This document shows, one piece after another, positions 34,455 to 37,036 of a stretch of DNA of 37,036 bases (position 1 is its first letter; each line of letters opens with the position of its first letter). The DNA is taken from the NCBI GenBank assembly GCA_030651515.1, contig JAUSEO010000043.1, positions 1-37,036 on the forward strand, in the 5' to 3' direction. This DNA is from an archaeon (lineage in GTDB: Archaea; Iainarchaeota; Iainarchaeia; Iainarchaeales; GW2011-AR10). The position numbers and the translations under genes were made by a program. Under the pieces are notes generated by a model. The model saw only the letters and a list, made by a program, of their open reading frames with translations. It searched no databases and was not told where the DNA came from.

Positions 34455-34496
34455 TAAGAGACAATTGAAATTAAAAGAAAATAAAAAATGGAACGG

Positions 34497-35483
34497 TTAA
34501 GCCTGGTTCAGGCATTCCGGGAGGGTTTTTTGCGACGCCTCGCTAAGGGGCCTTGCAGGGATGCCGAACTCTTTTGTAACCGAGGAGGCGAATTCCCTGT
34601 CAAAACCATGGTGGGTGAGGACGAGTTTTGGCTCTGCGTTTTTCACGTACTCGCACAACTGGGCAAAATCCGCGTGGTCTGAAAGCGGGAACGTCCGAAA
34701 CCTGCTGCGCTTCCACCCGGTTGCAACCGCGCACTCGACTTTTTTCCCAAGCTGCATGGACAAAGCCTCAACCAAAAAATTGTTCACAAGGCTTGGGGGA
34801 ATTATCAGAACGTTTGAATCCCCGAGGTTGTGGTCAAGTTCTACAAATTCTCCAAGCTTTGCACCCGCTTTTTTTGCAAGCAAGTTTTTTTCAAACACGC
34901 CTGAATGCACAAGCGGCACAGTGGATAAGTAGTCGTTGCAAAAGCGCGTGAGTTCCTGGGCCTTGCCTGTTGCATAGCCGGCAAGGACTACAAAAGCACC
35001 GCTGGCAATTTTTTCCTTTGCCCATTTCGCCATTTCTGTGTAAACCTGTTCGCGTGGTGGAAAAGAAAATTCACGCAGGCCAAAAGTGGTTTCAATGAGC
35101 AGGACCTCGCACGGCAAAATTTCTGCAGGCTTAAGAAGCAGGCTTTCCTGGAGCTTGAAGTCAGAAGTGATGACTGCTTCAACGCCGTTTGCCACGCGCA
35201 ATTGCGCAGAACCAAGAATGTGCCCCGAGGGATGCATGGTAACGTCAAAGCCATTCACGTGGAATTTTTCCCCGAACTCTTTTACCTGTACGTTGACGTT
35301 TTTTTTCGGCGACGCAAGCGCAAGGGTCTGGGGCGTCATGATGTAACTGTTTGAAGAGGTGAGCCTGCAGTGGTCGGAGTGCGCGTGCGTGACCAAAATG
35401 TTTTGTTCCTGCACGCCTGCGGCGTCAACGAAAATTTCTTTTCCCGCGCTCAGGCACACGCCGTTTTTTTCAAGCAAAAGCAT
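34497..35483 (-). CDS. Metallo-beta-lactamase-fold nuclease (beta-CASP / COG1236-like)
   Basis: THAHSDH, SGHILGS, SDF, ETTFG, Y..GKAQE, LSDHAD, HG. Confidence 0.85.
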   Translation of the reverse strand: MLLLEKNGVCLSAGKEIFVDAAGVQEQNILVTHAHSDHCRLTSSNSYIMTPQTLALASPKKNVNVQVKEFGEKFHVNGFDVTMHPSGHILGSAQLRVANGVEAVITSDFKLQESLLLKPAEILPCEVLLIETTFGLREFSFPPREQVYTEMAKWAKEKIASGAFVVLAGYATGKAQELTRFCNDYLSTVPLVHSGVFEKNLLAKKAGAKLGEFVELDHNLGDSNVLIIPPSLVNNFLVEALSMQLGKKVECAVATGWKRSRFRTFPLSDHADFAQLCEYVKNAEPKLVLTHHGFDREFASSVTKEFGIPARPLSEASQKTLPECLNQA

Positions 35484-35641
35484 TGGAAATAGAAAGCGGA
35501 AAAGAAGTATAAAAAGGTGATGTGGGGAGTGCTTGGGCTTATTTCAAATTTTTCCCGCGTGTGACTGCAAAGTGGAACAAAAGCACTGCAAGGGAGACAA
35601 TCTTTAAACAACCCCTAAATTATAGAACTGTTTAAAAACAA

Positions 35642-35664
35642 TACTATACATTTAATGTATAGTA
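35642..35664. promoter_or_regulatory. Perfect 11-1-11 palindrome between a TATA-like element and the start of a two-gene operon
   Basis: TACTATACATT-T-AATGTATAGTA; TTTAAAAA at 35631-35638; GTG start at 35671. Confidence 0.7.
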
Positions 35665-35670
35665 ATATGC

Positions 35671-36000
35671 GTGGTTGCTGTGATAAAATGGAAAAAGTTT
35701 ACAATTCCCTTGACTTCAACGGATTTCCTTGACGTAAAACTCAAAATCAAAAACAATATAGTGGAAGGGTTTGCGCTGAATTATAGGGCAAAAATAGAGG
35801 AAAATTTTTATGAGGTTTACAGGGTTGACACTGCACACGGTTTTTTGCATGAACAAAGGTATTGGATTACCCCAGAGCCTATTCCAATTCCAACCATGGG
35901 AAAGGATTTGGATGGCATTTTCAATTTTTATTTGGACCAAATAAAAGAAAACTTTGAAAGGTACAAAAAATATTATTTGGATAGAATGAAGCTGAGGTGA
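35671..36000 (+). CDS. Hypothetical protein, candidate toxin with an R.D.AHG..H motif (DUF6516/TumE-like)
   Basis: EVYRVDTAHGFLHEQRY motif; about 110 aa; directly upstream of a wHTH gene. Confidence 0.55.
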   Translation: MVAVIKWKKFTIPLTSTDFLDVKLKIKNNIVEGFALNYRAKIEENFYEVYRVDTAHGFLHEQRYWITPEPIPIPTMGKDLDGIFNFYLDQIKENFERYKKYYLDRMKLR

Positions 36001-36006
36001 AAAAAA

Positions 36007-36393
36007 ATGGCGTATAAAATGACTGAAGAAAGATGGAATTCAGTAAAACACTACCTTAACAAGGTATTCAAAAATCCAGGCAAGTACCCGGATGATGGCA
36101 TTTTGCTTAGCCTGTCTGATGATGAAATAACACGGGTTTTCACAAAGAAAAGACTGGAGCTGGTGAGGCTGATTCAGGCCAAAAAACCAAAAAATGCCAC
36201 AAAATTAAGCGAGCTAACCGGCAGACAGCTTAGCGCGGTTTTAAGGGATTTGGAACTCTTGGAAAAATTCCGCATAATCGAACTGGAAAAGAAAGGAAAA
36301 AACATTCTCCCAAAAGTGACAAAAGAGCTTCTCATACTGCCACTCGTAAATCTAAAGCCAAGGAAACTGGCGGAAATAAAAGTTACTGCATAA
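36007..36393 (+). CDS. Winged-helix protein (HVO_A0114/COG4190-like), candidate antitoxin
   Basis: RVFT.KRLEL...I....P.....L....GR....V.RDL..LE...II pattern; 6 bp after the upstream stop, SD-like GAGGTGA. Confidence 0.7.
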   Translation: MAYKMTEERWNSVKHYLNKVFKNPGKYPDDGILLSLSDDEITRVFTKKRLELVRLIQAKKPKNATKLSELTGRQLSAVLRDLELLEKFRIIELEKKGKNILPKVTKELLILPLVNLKPRKLAEIKVTA

Positions 36394-36400
36394 ATAGGCA

Positions 36401-37036
36401 TCAACTCGGCAATTTTACAAACTTTGTGTTCTGTTCGTCAACACCATACTGTGGGAAAATAGCTGAAGACTTGTTATATGGGTGATTCAGGGTAAAAGCT
36501 TCAATGCGACCCCACCCTTTTGATGCTACAATATCAGCAATTCTGTCTTTATTTATATCTGCAAACGTTGGCAAATATAGCTCTTGAAAACTATAATAAA
36601 GTCCGGGAGGAAAGCCTTCATAATTAATTAACCTAAAAGGAAAACCTTGTAATGACTGACCCAAACGGTTTATCGCGTAGATACTATACATAAAATCTCC
36701 TTCGTTCACGGTACCATTATTATAAAGGGCTTCGCCATAGAGATCGGGAAAGGTGTCCCCATCAAGATCCGCCACGCCAATAGAGGTTAGATATGAATGG
36801 GGATAATTCGGATCAATATCATTTATAGAAACTGGAAAATTTGGCCATGGACTACCGTCAAGATTAAAAACATAAAAATGGGTAGAGTCGTGAGCAATAA
36901 TTTCCAGTCTGCCATCTTCATTTAAATCCCCTAAACTAATACCAAAGTCATAAGTATAACCAGTCTCAAATGACCGGCTTAGTTGAAAATCTTGGTAAAT
37001 TTGAACCAATAAATGGGGGGACCGATTTTTAGGTTG
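36401..37036 (-). CDS. C-terminal part of an FG-GAP/VCBS-repeat extracellular protein (runs off the window)
   Basis: Repeats GDLNEDGRLEII, ADLDGDTFPDL, ADINKDRIADIV with intervening NFP/GFP; terminal FPQYG.D.QNT. The frame appears open to the window end. Confidence 0.75.
   Translation of the reverse strand, partial: QPKNRSPHLLVQIYQDFQLSRSFETGYTYDFGISLGDLNEDGRLEIIAHDSTHFYVFNLDGSPWPNFPVSINDIDPNYPHSYLTSIGVADLDGDTFPDLYGEALYNNGTVNEGDFMYSIYAINRLGQSLQGFPFRLINYEGFPPGLYYSFQELYLPTFADINKDRIADIVASKGWGRIEAFTLNHPYNKSSAIFPQYGVDEQNTKFVKLPS

Overview
This 37-kb window is archaeal chromosome. The evidence is GatDE, a Dph6-type diphthine-ammonia ligase, two intron-containing tRNAs without encoded CCA, and TATA-like promoters. 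Compact gene packing and gene style suggest a DPANN lineage, possibly Iainarchaeota/Diapherotrites, but that is inference only. Core content is the indirect tRNA-amidation machinery: asparaginase-gatD, gatE, aspS-gatC-gatA-(suhB)-gatB and tRNA-Gln(UUG). Both amidotransferase gene sets are interrupted by inositol genes (ino1 and a CDP-alcohol phosphatidyltransferase between gatD and gatE; suhB between gatA and gatB). Also present are a class I FBP aldolase, a class 1 FBPase, NnrD, Nth and an MBL nuclease. Accessory content includes an sxtK/sxtJ/sxtI-like carbamoyltransferase triad, an orphan HydE-like radical SAM gene, a DtxR-FTR1 iron module with two tandem operator boxes, and a membrane-anchored DsbA with a shifted CxxC. 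There are also two Cys/Gly-rich surface proteins, a Fic / PLD nuclease / ATPase remnant / exonuclease patch around a palindrome-dense non-coding block, and a putative toxin-antitoxin pair with a perfect upstream palindrome. Two small ORFs missing from the ORF track were read by hand: a 52-aa SxtK-like protein and a 40-aa zinc-finger protein. No CRISPR array, rRNA, transposase or integrase was seen. All family calls come from motif recognition by eye, not database searches.
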